Origin: Candidatus Hydrogenedentota bacterium
GTDB taxonomy: Bacteria > Hydrogenedentota > Hydrogenedentia > Hydrogenedentales > SLHB01
Direction: 5' to 3'
Length of the DNA stretch: 13,565 nucleotides
NCBI GenBank assembly: GCA_034408725.1
Contig: JAWXCN010000136.1
Span: 1-13,565 of the forward strand
Part shown: positions 1 to 9,434 of the stretch, in pieces
How positions within the stretch are numbered: position 1 is the first letter of the stretch
Layout of the letters: each line of letters starts with the position of its first letter
Notes under the pieces: generated by a model
Seen by the model: only the letters and a program-made list of their open reading frames with translations
Database searches by the model: none
Told to the model about the DNA's origin: nothing
Translations under genes and position numbers: made by a program

Positions 1-3000
1 GCCATTAATATCATGCGGCGGGTGTTGCAGGATTCGGGCGCGGAGGTGATCCATCTCGGGCATAACCGGTCGGTGGCGGAAATCGTGGATGCCGCGATAC
101 AGGAAGACGCTCACGCCGTTGCGGTGAGTTCGTATCAGGGCGGGCACCTCGAATTTTTTCAGTACATGGTGGACCTGTTGCACGACCGCGGCGCGGGGCA
201 TATCAAGGTTTTTGGCGGCGGCGGAGGGGTAATCGTGCCGAGCGAAATCCGGCAGATCGAGTCAATGGGCGTCGCGAAGATTTATTCGCCGGAGGATGGG
301 CGTACGCTGGGTCTTCAGGGGATGATCAACCATCTGCTGGAGAACATCGATGCGCCGTTTGACTTTTCGTCGTGCATCGAGGGACCGATGCAACTTTCCC
401 CCAACACGCCGTTGCGCCTGGCGCGGTTTATTACCGCGGTCGAAGAAGGGCACGGACGCGAGAATGGTTTGTTGACGCAGGTCAGGAAACTGCTTCCGCC
501 AACGACGGAAAAGACCATACCGGTGCTCGGAGTCACGGGCACGGGCGGCGCAGGAAAATCTTCGCTGGTGGATGAACTGGTGACGCGCTTCCTGAACGAT
601 TTTGCGGACAAGACCATCGCGATACTGTCCGTCGATCCTTCGCGCAGACGCACGGGCGGCGCGTTGCTCGGAGATCGCATACGGATGAACGCGCTGGATC
701 GCGGACGCGTGTACATGAGGTCACTCGCCACGCGGGCAAAGAGTTCAGAAATATCCGCGGCGCTTGCTGACGCGATTTCGGTGGTGAAGGCGGCGGGCTT
801 CGACTTGGTAATTGTCGAGACCGCGGGAATTGGCCAGGGGGACGCGGGGATCGTGCCGCTCGTGGATGTCGCGCTCTATGTGATGACCGCGGAGTTCGGA
901 GCGCCGTCGCAACTCGAAAAGATCGACATGCTCGATTTTGCGCACGCGGTCTCCATCAACAAGTTTGAGCGAAAAGGCAGCGAAGACGCATTGCGACACG
1001 TGCGCAAGCAGTACCAGCGCAATCAGCATCGGTTCGACGCGAAACCCGAGGAAATGCCGGTGTACGGTACGATTGCGTCGAAGTTTAATGATGACGGCGT
1101 GACTGCGCTGTACCACGGGCTGCTGGAAATCATTCGGGATAAGACTGGCGTTGCGTGGGAGTCGTCATTGCCGCGACCCGCGCAGAAGTTCTCGTCGTCG
1201 CGCGCGATCATTGTTCCGCCTGAACGGGTGCGGTATCTCGCGGAGATCGCCGAACAGGCGCGCGAGTATCGGGGGTGGGCTGAGGCGCAGGCGCGAATCG
1301 CGGAACAGATTTGGCAGCTCGACGGGGCAACCGAACAACTCGACGTCGATGATGCTGCGCGCGGGGCGCTGGACGCGCGGCGCACGGAGCTTGTTACGCA
1401 ACTCGCGCCGGAATGCGCTACGGCATTGTCGGATTTTGACCGATTACGTCAAAAATATTCTAGCGACGAGTTTGTGTATACCGTGCGGGACCGAGAATTC
1501 CGCACGCCGTCGTATCGCGAAAGTTTGTCAGGCACGCCTGTGCCGCGCGTGGCCCTCCCCCGCTTTCGCAATCCGGGAGATTTATTGCGTTGGATTCTGC
1601 TTGAAAATGTTCCGGGCAGTTTTCCGTTTACCGCGGGCGTGTTTCCGTTTAAGCGTAGTGATGAAGACCCGACGCGCATGTTCGCGGGTGAAGGCGACCC
1701 CGCGCGCACGAACCGGCGCTTCAAGTATCTCTCACGGAACTCGGACGCAAAACGGTTATCGACCGCATTTGATTCCGTAACGCTCTACGGTTGGGACCCG
1801 GACGAGCGCCCGGACATTTACGGCAAGGTCGGCACCTCCGGCGTATCGATTGCCACGATTGATGATATGAAAACCTTGTACGACGGATTTGACCTTTGCG
1901 CGGCGAACACTAGCGTGTCGATGACGATTAATGGGCCCGCGCCGATTATTCTCGCGATGTTCTTAAACGCCGCGATCGACCAGCAGATCGCGAAATTCGA
2001 ACTAGAACTGGGCCGCCAACCCGATGAAGAAGAAGCGGAAGGCATACGCGCGGCGGCTTTGCGCGCGGTGCGCGGGACGGTTCAAGCGGACATTCTGAAG
2101 GAAGACCAGGCGCAGAACACCTGCATTTTTTCGGTCGACATCGCGCTACGGATGATGGGCGATATCCAGCAGTATTTTGTCGAGCATGAAATTCGCAATT
2201 TCTATTCGGTGTCCATCTCGGGATTTCACATGGCCGAGGCTGGGTGCAATCCAATTTCGCAGGTGGCCTTTACGTTGGCGAACGGTTTTACCTTCGTCGA
2301 ATACTACCTCTCGCGCGGGATGCACATCGACGATTTCGCGGGGAACCTCTCGTTTTTCTTTTCGAGCGGCATGGACCCGGAATACGCGGTGATTAATCGC
2401 GTTGCGCGGCGCATCTGGGCGATTGCGATGCGCGACAAATACGGCGCGAACGAACGCTCGCAGAAGTTCAAGGTTCACATTCAAACCAGTGGACGTTCGC
2501 TGCACAGCCAGGAATACGAGTTCAACGACATCCGCACGACGTTGCAGGCGCTCATGGCCTTGAACGACAACTGCAATTCGCTGCACACCAATGCGTTTGA
2601 CGAAGCCGTCACCACGCCGTCGGAATCGTCCGTGCGCCGCGCGCTGGCGATACAGCAGATTATTAACAAGGAATTCGGTATCTACGGCAATGAGAATCCG
2701 TTGCAGGGGGCGTTCATCGTCGATGAACTGACCAACCTCGTCGAAGAAGCGATCCTGCAGGAGTTCGAGCGCTTATCCGATCGAGGCGGCGTGCTCGGCG
2801 CTATGGAAACCGGGTACCAGCGCGCAAAGATTCAGGAAGAATCGCTCTACTACGAATCGCTCAAAAGCAGCGGCGCATACCCCATCGTCGGCGTGAACTG
2901 CTTCCTCAACCCCGATCAGGATCACGCTATCGAAACTGAAAAACTCGACCTCATGCGCGGCACGGAAGAGGAAAAGCTGGGCCAACTTCGCCGGTTGCGT

Positions 3001-3177
3001 GAATTTCAACAACGCAATGCAGCGGAATCCCCCGACGCGCTGAAACGTCTCCAACAAACCGCGCTCGATGGCGGAAATCTTTTTGAGGAACTTATGCAGA
3101 CCGTAAGGACGAATTCGCTTGGCCAGATCACGCAAGCGCTGTTTGAAGTTGGCGGGCGGTATCGACGGAGTATGTGA
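1..3177 (+). CDS. icmF: Fused isobutyryl-CoA mutase / MeaB-like GTPase IcmF (5' end lies outside the window)
   Basis: The frame is open from base 1 ([10 protein letters not shown]), immediately after the expected DxHxx B12-binding motif, so the true start is upstream. Domain order is B12-binding domain (SSYQGGH, FGGGGG), P-loop GTPase ([33 protein letters not shown]), then mutase barrel ([60 protein letters not shown]). Phe in RMFAG and Gln in EDQAQNT fit an ICM rather than an MCM. Confidence 0.96.
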   Translation, partial: AINIMRRVLQDSGAEVIHLGHNRSVAEIVDAAIQEDAHAVAVSSYQGGHLEFFQYMVDLLHDRGAGHIKVFGGGGGVIVPSEIRQIESMGVAKIYSPEDGRTLGLQGMINHLLENIDAPFDFSSCIEGPMQLSPNTPLRLARFITAVEEGHGRENGLLTQVRKLLPPTTEKTIPVLGVTGTGGAGKSSLVDELVTRFLNDFADKTIAILSVDPSRRRTGGALLGDRIRMNALDRGRVYMRSLATRAKSSEISAALADAISVVKAAGFDLVIVETAGIGQGDAGIVPLVDVALYVMTAEFGAPSQLEKIDMLDFAHAVSINKFERKGSEDALRHVRKQYQRNQHRFDAKPEEMPVYGTIASKFNDDGVTALYHGLLEIIRDKTGVAWESSLPRPAQKFSSSRAIIVPPERVRYLAEIAEQAREYRGWAEAQARIAEQIWQLDGATEQLDVDDAARGALDARRTELVTQLAPECATALSDFDRLRQKYSSDEFVYTVRDREFRTPSYRESLSGTPVPRVALPRFRNPGDLLRWILLENVPGSFPFTAGVFPFKRSDEDPTRMFAGEGDPARTNRRFKYLSRNSDAKRLSTAFDSVTLYGWDPDERPDIYGKVGTSGVSIATIDDMKTLYDGFDLCAANTSVSMTINGPAPIILAMFLNAAIDQQIAKFELELGRQPDEEEAEGIRAAALRAVRGTVQADILKEDQAQNTCIFSVDIALRMMGDIQQYFVEHEIRNFYSVSISGFHMAEAGCNPISQVAFTLANGFTFVEYYLSRGMHIDDFAGNLSFFFSSGMDPEYAVINRVARRIWAIAMRDKYGANERSQKFKVHIQTSGRSLHSQEYEFNDIRTTLQALMALNDNCNSLHTNAFDEAVTTPSESSVRRALAIQQIINKEFGIYGNENPLQGAFIVDELTNLVEEAILQEFERLSDRGGVLGAMETGYQRAKIQEESLYYESLKSSGAYPIVGVNCFLNPDQDHAIETEKLDLMRGTEEEKLGQLRRLREFQQRNAAESPDALKRLQQTALDGGNLFEELMQTVRTNSLGQITQALFEVGGRYRRSM

Positions 3178-4052
3178 TGCCGCCCGATCCGAAACTTGTT
3201 ACACGTGCGAGACGCGGTGATGCCAAAGCGATGCACGCCCTTGGCAAATATTGGGACCCGTGGGAGGAAGGCGAGTCAGAACGTCGCGCATTCTACTGGT
3301 ATCGCAAAGCTGCTGAACGCGGAAATCCTGATGGGATGTACGAGATGGGATGCCGTTATTTTTATCCGTTTTTTGGATATAGTAAAAAACAACGGGGCGC
3401 GTACCAATGGTTTCTTCAGGCCGCCGAGCTTGGACATATCGGCGCTCAGACTTATGTTGGCAACATGCTCTGTGATGGCGAAGGAGTTCGCAAGAATCCA
3501 AGAGAGGGCGTGAAATGGATAGCCGTTGCGGCAAGTAAAAATGATCTGGATGCAATCGTAACTCTTGGCGTGTGTCTTTTCTACGGTACCGGCATCAAGC
3601 GGGACCGGCCAGCAGCGGTTCGACTTTACCGAAAGGCAATTAAGAAAGGCGCGAGTACGGCGTATTGGAACCTCGCGCTTTGTTACTACTACGGGGACGT
3701 CGTAAAGAAGGATTTTTCAAAGGCTGCGTTTTGGCTCAAGAAAGTCGTGCATAGCAAGTCCTACTCTGGCAGTCGAATGCGGGCCAAGTTTCTATTGGGA
3801 GACATGTACGCGAAAGGCCGAGGTGTCCGACAGAGCGATCGTTGGGCGTTCTATTGGTACAAGAAGATGGAACCGTCCCTTGAATATCTCGCACCAGACG
3901 CCTTACATGCTCTTGGCATGTGCTATCTAGAGGGTAGAGGCACGAAGCCAGACATCGAGAAAGCACGCCGCCTACTCGATAAGTCCGCGAAAAAGGGACA
4001 TAAACCTTCCAAGTCTGCGTTAAAAACGTTGGCGCGCGGAGAAAGAGCTTAA
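3177..4052 (+). CDS. Sel1-like repeat (SLR/TPR-like) protein
   Basis: About 7 Sel1 repeats (e.g. AFYWYRKAAERGNPDGMYEMG, AYQWFLQAAELGHIGAQTYVGNML, ALHALGMCYLEGRGTKPDIEKA). ATG at 3177 overlaps the icmF stop (TGATG); the ORF track's GTG at 3174 is the alternative start. Confidence 0.9.
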   Translation: MPPDPKLVTRARRGDAKAMHALGKYWDPWEEGESERRAFYWYRKAAERGNPDGMYEMGCRYFYPFFGYSKKQRGAYQWFLQAAELGHIGAQTYVGNMLCDGEGVRKNPREGVKWIAVAASKNDLDAIVTLGVCLFYGTGIKRDRPAAVRLYRKAIKKGASTAYWNLALCYYYGDVVKKDFSKAAFWLKKVVHSKSYSGSRMRAKFLLGDMYAKGRGVRQSDRWAFYWYKKMEPSLEYLAPDALHALGMCYLEGRGTKPDIEKARRLLDKSAKKGHKPSKSALKTLARGERA

Positions 4053-4094
4053 TTCTATTTTATATATCTTGTCGCATTTGGGAGTGAGTAACTG

Positions 4095-5630
4095 TTGAAA
4101 AAAAACCTATGTGCACTTATCACGACTTTGCTGATGGTCATTGGGGTTCAAGCCGACACGCATTCTGCACTGTGGGGAATAGACGGCGAGCATTGGACGC
4201 CGGAAAGCCGTCTACCCGATTTTTCCTTCGCGGGCTATCATCGCGGCGAAAAGCCGTTGCCAGCGCTGGCGGTTACACACAATGTGCGGGACTTTGGCGC
4301 AGTCGGCGATGGGAAAACCGACGATACCGAAGCGTTTCAACGCGCACTTGCGGAGGTTAAGGAAGGGGTCATACTCGTTCCCGAAGGCCGGTACGTCATC
4401 ACGAATTTTTTGGCAATCGATAAACCAAATTTGGTGCTGCGGGGCGAAGACCCTGCGAAGTCGATTCTGTATTGCCCGAAGCCGTTGAACGACATCAAAG
4501 AGAATTGGGGCGCTACGACGAGCGGTCAACGCACGTCGAATTATTCGTGGTCGGGCGGTTTCATTTCGATTCGCGGCAGCTTTCAGAGCAAGCCGCTTGC
4601 GAACATTTCCGGGCCGGCCAAACGCGGCGCGAGAACCGTTATTGTGGACGATGGGACGGGGTTGTCGGTGGGTCAGGAAGTCGAGCTGCGGCAAGTGGAC
4701 GACGTGGGCAACAGCCTTGCGAATCACCTGTACTCCGGCGATCCGAGAATTAGCATGGAAAAAATTGGCGGGAGAACGCAGGCGTCGCTTGTGGCGCGCA
4801 TCACGAAGATAGATGGCGCCGAAGTTACTTTGGATCGACCGTTGCGATGTGATGTCGATGCGGCGTGGAAGCCTACGCTCCATCGTTTCGATCCGACGGT
4901 AACGGAATCAGGCATCGAGAATCTGCGGTTCGAATTTCCCAACACGCCGTATCAGGGACACTTCACGGAGCTAGGGTTTAACGCCATAGCGTTTGCCGAA
5001 ACGGCGCACTGTTGGGCCAGAAATATCCACATTCATAACGCGGACAGCGGCGGTTTTATCTCCGGCTACTTCAACACCATTGACGGGGTCGTGTTCACAT
5101 CCGATCGCGAAGAGGACAAGAACCGGAAGTCGAAGGGCCATCACGGCATCACCCTCGGCGGCAACGACAATTTTCTCACCAACTTCGATTTCCGCATGCC
5201 GTTTATCCATGACATCACGGTGACCCACTGCTCGGGCAACGTGATCTCCAACGGGCGCGGCGTTGACCTTGCGCTCGACCATCACCGTCGCGCGCCGTAT
5301 GAAAATCTATTCACCAACATCGACGCAGGCCGTGGCGCGCGCCTGTGGAATTCAGGAGGGGGTCAAGCCCTGGGTGCGCACTGCGGCGCACGGGGGACAT
5401 TCTGGAACATCCGATCTGAATCCCCCATCGCCCCGCCGGACGCAAACTTTGGCCCGTGGTCCATGAATCTCGTCGGGGTGAAAATGAATGTAGACCCCGA
5501 AACCAACCTCGAAGGCCGCTGGCACGAACATACCAACACCGGTGACATACAGCCCAAGAATCTTCACGAGGCACAATTGGAACGTCGATTGAGTGGAGGG
5601 ACACAACAGGCGGGTCCCACAAATCCGTGA
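4095..5630 (+). CDS. Secreted right-handed beta-helix protein, pectate_lyase_3 / GH55-like N-terminal domain
   Basis: TTG start after GGGAG. Signal-peptide-like N-terminus (MKKNLCALITTLLMVIGVQA|D). Motifs LPDFSFAGY and NVRDFGAVGDGKTDDTEAFQRAL...VILVPEGRYVI are typical of this family, followed by Asn/Gly-rich beta-helix coils. Substrate cannot be assigned. Confidence 0.8.
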   Translation: MKKNLCALITTLLMVIGVQADTHSALWGIDGEHWTPESRLPDFSFAGYHRGEKPLPALAVTHNVRDFGAVGDGKTDDTEAFQRALAEVKEGVILVPEGRYVITNFLAIDKPNLVLRGEDPAKSILYCPKPLNDIKENWGATTSGQRTSNYSWSGGFISIRGSFQSKPLANISGPAKRGARTVIVDDGTGLSVGQEVELRQVDDVGNSLANHLYSGDPRISMEKIGGRTQASLVARITKIDGAEVTLDRPLRCDVDAAWKPTLHRFDPTVTESGIENLRFEFPNTPYQGHFTELGFNAIAFAETAHCWARNIHIHNADSGGFISGYFNTIDGVVFTSDREEDKNRKSKGHHGITLGGNDNFLTNFDFRMPFIHDITVTHCSGNVISNGRGVDLALDHHRRAPYENLFTNIDAGRGARLWNSGGGQALGAHCGARGTFWNIRSESPIAPPDANFGPWSMNLVGVKMNVDPETNLEGRWHEHTNTGDIQPKNLHEAQLERRLSGGTQQAGPTNP

Positions 5631-5696
5631 GACCACTGTTGCGGTTGCGCCTATAGCCACTATCCGCGCTTATACGTTGACGTTCAAAGGAGCACG

Positions 5697-5936
5697 ATGC
5701 ACAGCAAGAAATCCAAGGCACTCAAATACGTCAAGCACCACAAGGACGGCAGTGTTTGGGCGAAAGGTCAAACGCTGGATGGCGTGCCCACCGGTTATTG
5801 GGAATGGTTCCGGAAGGACGGGACAAAACTTCGGTCCGGCCATTTCGAGAACGGCGAGCAGACCGGCGAGTGGACGACGTACGACAAAGACGGCGAGGTT
5901 TATAAGGTGACCATGATCAAGCGCAAGCGAACGTGA
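5697..5936 (+). CDS. Small MORN-variant repeat protein (YwqK-like)
   Basis: Strong SD (AAAGGAG) 4 nt before the ATG. Two MORN-2-like units: HKDGSVWAKGQTLDGVPTGYWEWF and RKDGTKLRSGHFENGEQTGEWTTY. Confidence 0.8.
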   Translation: MHSKKSKALKYVKHHKDGSVWAKGQTLDGVPTGYWEWFRKDGTKLRSGHFENGEQTGEWTTYDKDGEVYKVTMIKRKRT

Positions 5937-5957
5937 GGCAAACGCGAACGGTAGCGT

Positions 5958-6569
5958 TCAACCGCGCGCGGGATAGTCAGCGCATTCGTGATAGAGTCCA
6001 CGTTGTTGAATGAGTTGCACGACGCGGGGCGGCAGGACATCGTCGCAGGGATCGCAGGATGCGATGCGGTTCCGGATGTCGGTGGATGAGACTTCGGTTT
6101 CTTCAAATGCGAGCCTGGTGTAGCGGCCCATGACCATGGAAGGCACGGTGATTTCGCCGGGGCGAGGCACGACAAGGAGGTGCGCAAGTTTGAGGATGCG
6201 CTCCGGCGCGCGCCATTTTGGCAGATCGACCAAGGAATCCATGCCGATGATGAGGTGAAGATCGGCGGCGGGATTTTGATCGTGGAGCTGTTGCAGGGTG
6301 TCGGCCATGTACGAAGGTCCGGTGCGGTCGAGTTCGATGCGGCTGGCGGTCATGCCCGGTTCATCGGTGATTGCGGCTTCGACGAGCGCGAACCGGTCTT
6401 CGGCGGAGGCAAAGGTTGCTCCGCGTTTGTGCGGCGGGTTCGCGGAGACTACAAACTGCACATGATCGAGACGGGCCTGCTTGATTGTGGCGCGCGCGAT
6501 GGCAAGGTGCGTGTTGTGGACGGGGTCGAACGTGCCCCCGAGGATACCGATGCGCTTCGCGTCACTCAC
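5958..6569 (-). CDS. nadD: Nicotinate-nucleotide adenylyltransferase
   Basis: RIGILGGTFDPVHNTH (HxGH-type motif), PPHK, SRIELDRTGPSY, IIGMDSL..LPKW, SSTDIR. The likely start is GTG at 6569, overlapping the proA stop; the ORF track extends to ATG 6581. Typical position after proA. Confidence 0.95.
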   Translation of the reverse strand: MSDAKRIGILGGTFDPVHNTHLAIARATIKQARLDHVQFVVSANPPHKRGATFASAEDRFALVEAAITDEPGMTASRIELDRTGPSYMADTLQQLHDQNPAADLHLIIGMDSLVDLPKWRAPERILKLAHLLVVPRPGEITVPSMVMGRYTRLAFEETEVSSTDIRNRIASCDPCDDVLPPRVVQLIQQRGLYHECADYPARG

Positions 6570-7824
6570 GAATCTGGCCATTTCCCCGGATGACGTACTT
6601 CAGGCTGGTGAGTTCTTTTAATGCCATGGGTCCGCGACAATGCAATTTGTTCGTGCTGATGCCGATCTCCGCGCCGAGTCCAAATTCAAAACCGTCGGTG
6701 AAGCGCGTCGATGCGTTGACGTATACCGTTGCGCTATCGACTTCATTGAGGAACCGCTCAGCGGGATCGTAGCCGCTGGTGACAATGGCGTCGGAATGGT
6801 GCGAGCCGTGTTCGGCGATATGCGCGATGGCTTCGTCGAATGAGTCGACAATTTTGACAGCCAAAATCTTCTCCAGAAATTCCGTGTCGTAGTCTTCCGG
6901 TGTCGCGGGTGTGCAGGCGATAAACTGTTGGGTGCGTTCGCACCCGCGTATTTCGCAACCGGCAGTAAGCAGTTCGCGGCCAATATCGGGTAGAAAAGTT
7001 TTCGCCACACCTGAATGCACGAGCATGGTTTCCATGGCGTTGCAGGTGCCGGGGCGTTGCAACTTTGCGTTCAGGCAGATGTCCTTGGCCATGCTGAGAT
7101 CCGCGTCGCCGTGCACATAAGTAATGCAGATGCCGTCAAGGTGTGCGACGACGGGAATGCGCGATTCGTTGTAAATGCGTTCGATCAGGTCCTTTCCGCC
7201 GCGCGGGACGATGACGTCGATGTATTTGTCGAGCTTCAACATTTCGCCAACAGCGGCTCGGTCGATCGTCGCGATCATTTGCACGGCGTAATCGGGAACA
7301 CCGGCTTCGCGCGCGCCTTCTTCGATGATTGATGCAATCGCAAGGTTGGAATGAATCGCTTCCGACCCGCCACGCAGGATGCACGCATTCCCGGATTTAA
7401 GACATAAGGCCGCTGCGTCCGCGGTGACGTTGGGACGGCTTTCATAGATGATGCCGACGACGCCGAGCGGCGCGCGAACCTGGGCAATGCGCAATCCGTT
7501 GGGCCGGACCACCTGGTTCACGATATCGCCGACGGGATCGGGCAACGCAGCGACTTGCTCGAGTCCCTCGGCCATCGCGTCGATGCGTTTGGGATTCAGC
7601 GCCAAACGGTCCAGCATCGCTGAGGAGAGGCCTTTCTCGCGGCCTGATTCGAGGTCTTTTGCGTTTTCCGCTATTAACGCATCGTGAGACGCGCGCAGGC
7701 GAGTGGCGATTTCCCGGAGGGCGTTGTCCTTCACTTCGGAGGACAACGTGCGCAACGCATTGGATGCCGCGCGCGCTTGCTGGCCGATTTCCGCGAGAGT
7801 AACTTGATTAACTGTAATACTCAC
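6562..7824 (-). CDS. proA: Gamma-glutamyl phosphate reductase (glutamate-5-semialdehyde dehydrogenase)
   Basis: PLGVVGIIYESRPNVT, LKSGNACILRGGSEA, PRGG, catalytic Cys in PGTCNAMET, NASTRFTDGFEFGLGAEIGISTNKLHCRGPM. GTG start overlaps the upstream TAG. Confidence 0.97.
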   Translation of the reverse strand: MSITVNQVTLAEIGQQARAASNALRTLSSEVKDNALREIATRLRASHDALIAENAKDLESGREKGLSSAMLDRLALNPKRIDAMAEGLEQVAALPDPVGDIVNQVVRPNGLRIAQVRAPLGVVGIIYESRPNVTADAAALCLKSGNACILRGGSEAIHSNLAIASIIEEGAREAGVPDYAVQMIATIDRAAVGEMLKLDKYIDVIVPRGGKDLIERIYNESRIPVVAHLDGICITYVHGDADLSMAKDICLNAKLQRPGTCNAMETMLVHSGVAKTFLPDIGRELLTAGCEIRGCERTQQFIACTPATPEDYDTEFLEKILAVKIVDSFDEAIAHIAEHGSHHSDAIVTSGYDPAERFLNEVDSATVYVNASTRFTDGFEFGLGAEIGISTNKLHCRGPMALKELTSLKYVIRGNGQIRE

Positions 7825-8081
7825 TAATCGTCTTCTTTCGGCGTTTTTTTCGGATGTCCGTGCAAATAGTGATCGTGATTTTCGGAATAATCGACAGGCA
7901 GCCCTTCAGCCTTTCCTGTAACCTCCTTGAATACTTCTGCCCACGTCGGATTTTGAGCGATTGCATCATCGGTCAAAACTTTAACAACCACCTCTGTGCC
8001 ATCAGGCCACGGGCAGCCTCCAAGTATCTCGATGAAACCATTTCTTACGACGCCATAATATTTTTGGGGGAATTTGTCCAT
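7824..8081 (-). CDS. Small hypothetical protein resembling AF2212/DUF104-like antitoxins
   Basis: Fills the proB-proA gap exactly (2-nt gap upstream, TAGTG overlap downstream). N-terminal YYGVVRNGFIEIL...PDGTEVVV and C-terminal LPVDYSENHDHYLHG resemble small proteins usually found upstream of PIN/VapC toxins. The family call is from recall, not a search. Confidence 0.65.
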   Translation of the reverse strand: MDKFPQKYYGVVRNGFIEILGGCPWPDGTEVVVKVLTDDAIAQNPTWAEVFKEVTGKAEGLPVDYSENHDHYLHGHPKKTPKEDD

Positions 8082-8083
8082 GA

Positions 8084-9190
8084 TTAGAGCAACACCAAAT
8101 TGTCCCGATGAACGACTTCATCAAAATCCTTGCGGCCTAGGATGGACTGTATTTCGCTGGATTTGCAACCCTTAATACGATCGAGTTCGCCGCTGGAGTA
8201 ATTTACAAGACCGCAGGCGATGTCCTTGCCTGAACCGTCCCGGATGCGCACTGCCGCGCCCATGTCGAATAGTCCCGTGACGTCTTTGATGCCGGCGGCG
8301 AGCAGGCTTCGCCCCTGTGTCACGAGCGCTTTTCGCGCGCCGTCGTCGATCTCGATGGCGCCTTTGGCTGCGCGGCCAAAGGCGATCCAGCGTTTTCGGT
8401 GGGACAAGCCGTTGGCCGAAGCGCCGAACCGGGTGCATCGCGCCGTGCCGTCCAACACCCCGCGCACGATACCGGGCGTGTGGCCATTGGCAATGACTGT
8501 CTCCAACCCCGAAGCACACGCGATCCGCGCGGCATCGAGTTTTGTCTTCATTCCTCCAACAGAGGTCGCAATGCTCGTGTCCTCGGCGAGAGCGACAATT
8601 GATTCGTCTATCTTCTCGACCAACGGAATGTGCTTTGCGTCTTTGTGCCGGGTTGGGTTTCGGTCATACAACCCATCGACATCGCTGAGGATGATGAGCA
8701 TGTCCGCGTCGATTTTCGCGGCCACGCGCGCGGAAAGCGTATCGTTGTCGCCAAACCGCAACTCATCGGTCGCCACGGAATCGTTTTCGTTCACGACGGG
8801 GATGACCGTGCCGAGCGAGAACAACGTGTGAATCGTGTTGCGAATATTAAGGTAGCGATGCCGATCGTCAAGATCGGACGAAGTCAACAGCACCTGCGCG
8901 GTATGCAATCCGTCGCCGTAGGTCTCGAAGAGGACCTGATAGAAATGCATCAATTGCGCCTGGCCGACGGCCGCGGTGGCCTGTTTAAGCGGTAATAATT
9001 TTGGCCGTTCCTTCAAGCCCAACCTATTCATGCCGCAGCCAATCGCGCCGGAAGACACGATCAGAATATCGAGATTGCGCTCGCGCTTGAGCGCGGCCAG
9101 TTCCTTGACGAGACCCTCGACAACGCGTCCGTCAAACCCTTGTTTGCCGGTGAGGAGTGTTGTGCCTATTTTGATGACGAGCGTTTTCAT
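8084..9190 (-). CDS. proB: Glutamate 5-kinase with C-terminal PUA domain
   Basis: VIKIGT, IVSSGAIGCG, KQATAAVGQ, VNENDSV, FGDNDTLSA, LSDVDGLY, GGMKTKLDAA, and a PUA domain (IDDGARKAL...SLLAAGI...GLVNYSS...VVHRDNLVL). Confidence 0.97.
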   Translation of the reverse strand: MKTLVIKIGTTLLTGKQGFDGRVVEGLVKELAALKRERNLDILIVSSGAIGCGMNRLGLKERPKLLPLKQATAAVGQAQLMHFYQVLFETYGDGLHTAQVLLTSSDLDDRHRYLNIRNTIHTLFSLGTVIPVVNENDSVATDELRFGDNDTLSARVAAKIDADMLIILSDVDGLYDRNPTRHKDAKHIPLVEKIDESIVALAEDTSIATSVGGMKTKLDAARIACASGLETVIANGHTPGIVRGVLDGTARCTRFGASANGLSHRKRWIAFGRAAKGAIEIDDGARKALVTQGRSLLAAGIKDVTGLFDMGAAVRIRDGSGKDIACGLVNYSSGELDRIKGCKSSEIQSILGRKDFDEVVHRDNLVLL

Positions 9191-9221
9191 ATATATTCGA
9201 ATTCATTGCGTAGCGGATTGA

Positions 9222-9434
9222 TCAGACATGCAGTGTCGCTTCAAATGTAGTCATGATGGGCGAGGATCCTTCGGAAAGCGAAAATTCTTCAATATAAAGC
9301 TCGGTGGCTTCCTTGAGATTCGCGAGAGCACTTTCGACCGATTCACCCTGACTGACTATACCTGTCTCTGGACAGGTTGCTACGAAAAGGTTTCCTTCGC
9401 GAACGACGATTGCAATGAATGTTTTTGTCGTCAT
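9222..9434 (-). CDS. HicB-family (UPF0150) antitoxin, short form
   Basis: Strong SD (AAGGAG). FVATCPETGIVSQGESVESALANLKEATELYIE matches the HicB partial-RNase-H-fold signature (xCPE...SQGxTxEEAxxNLxEAxxLY). No C-terminal DNA-binding domain. Confidence 0.88.
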   Translation of the reverse strand: MTTKTFIAIVVREGNLFVATCPETGIVSQGESVESALANLKEATELYIEEFSLSEGSSPIMTTFEATLHV

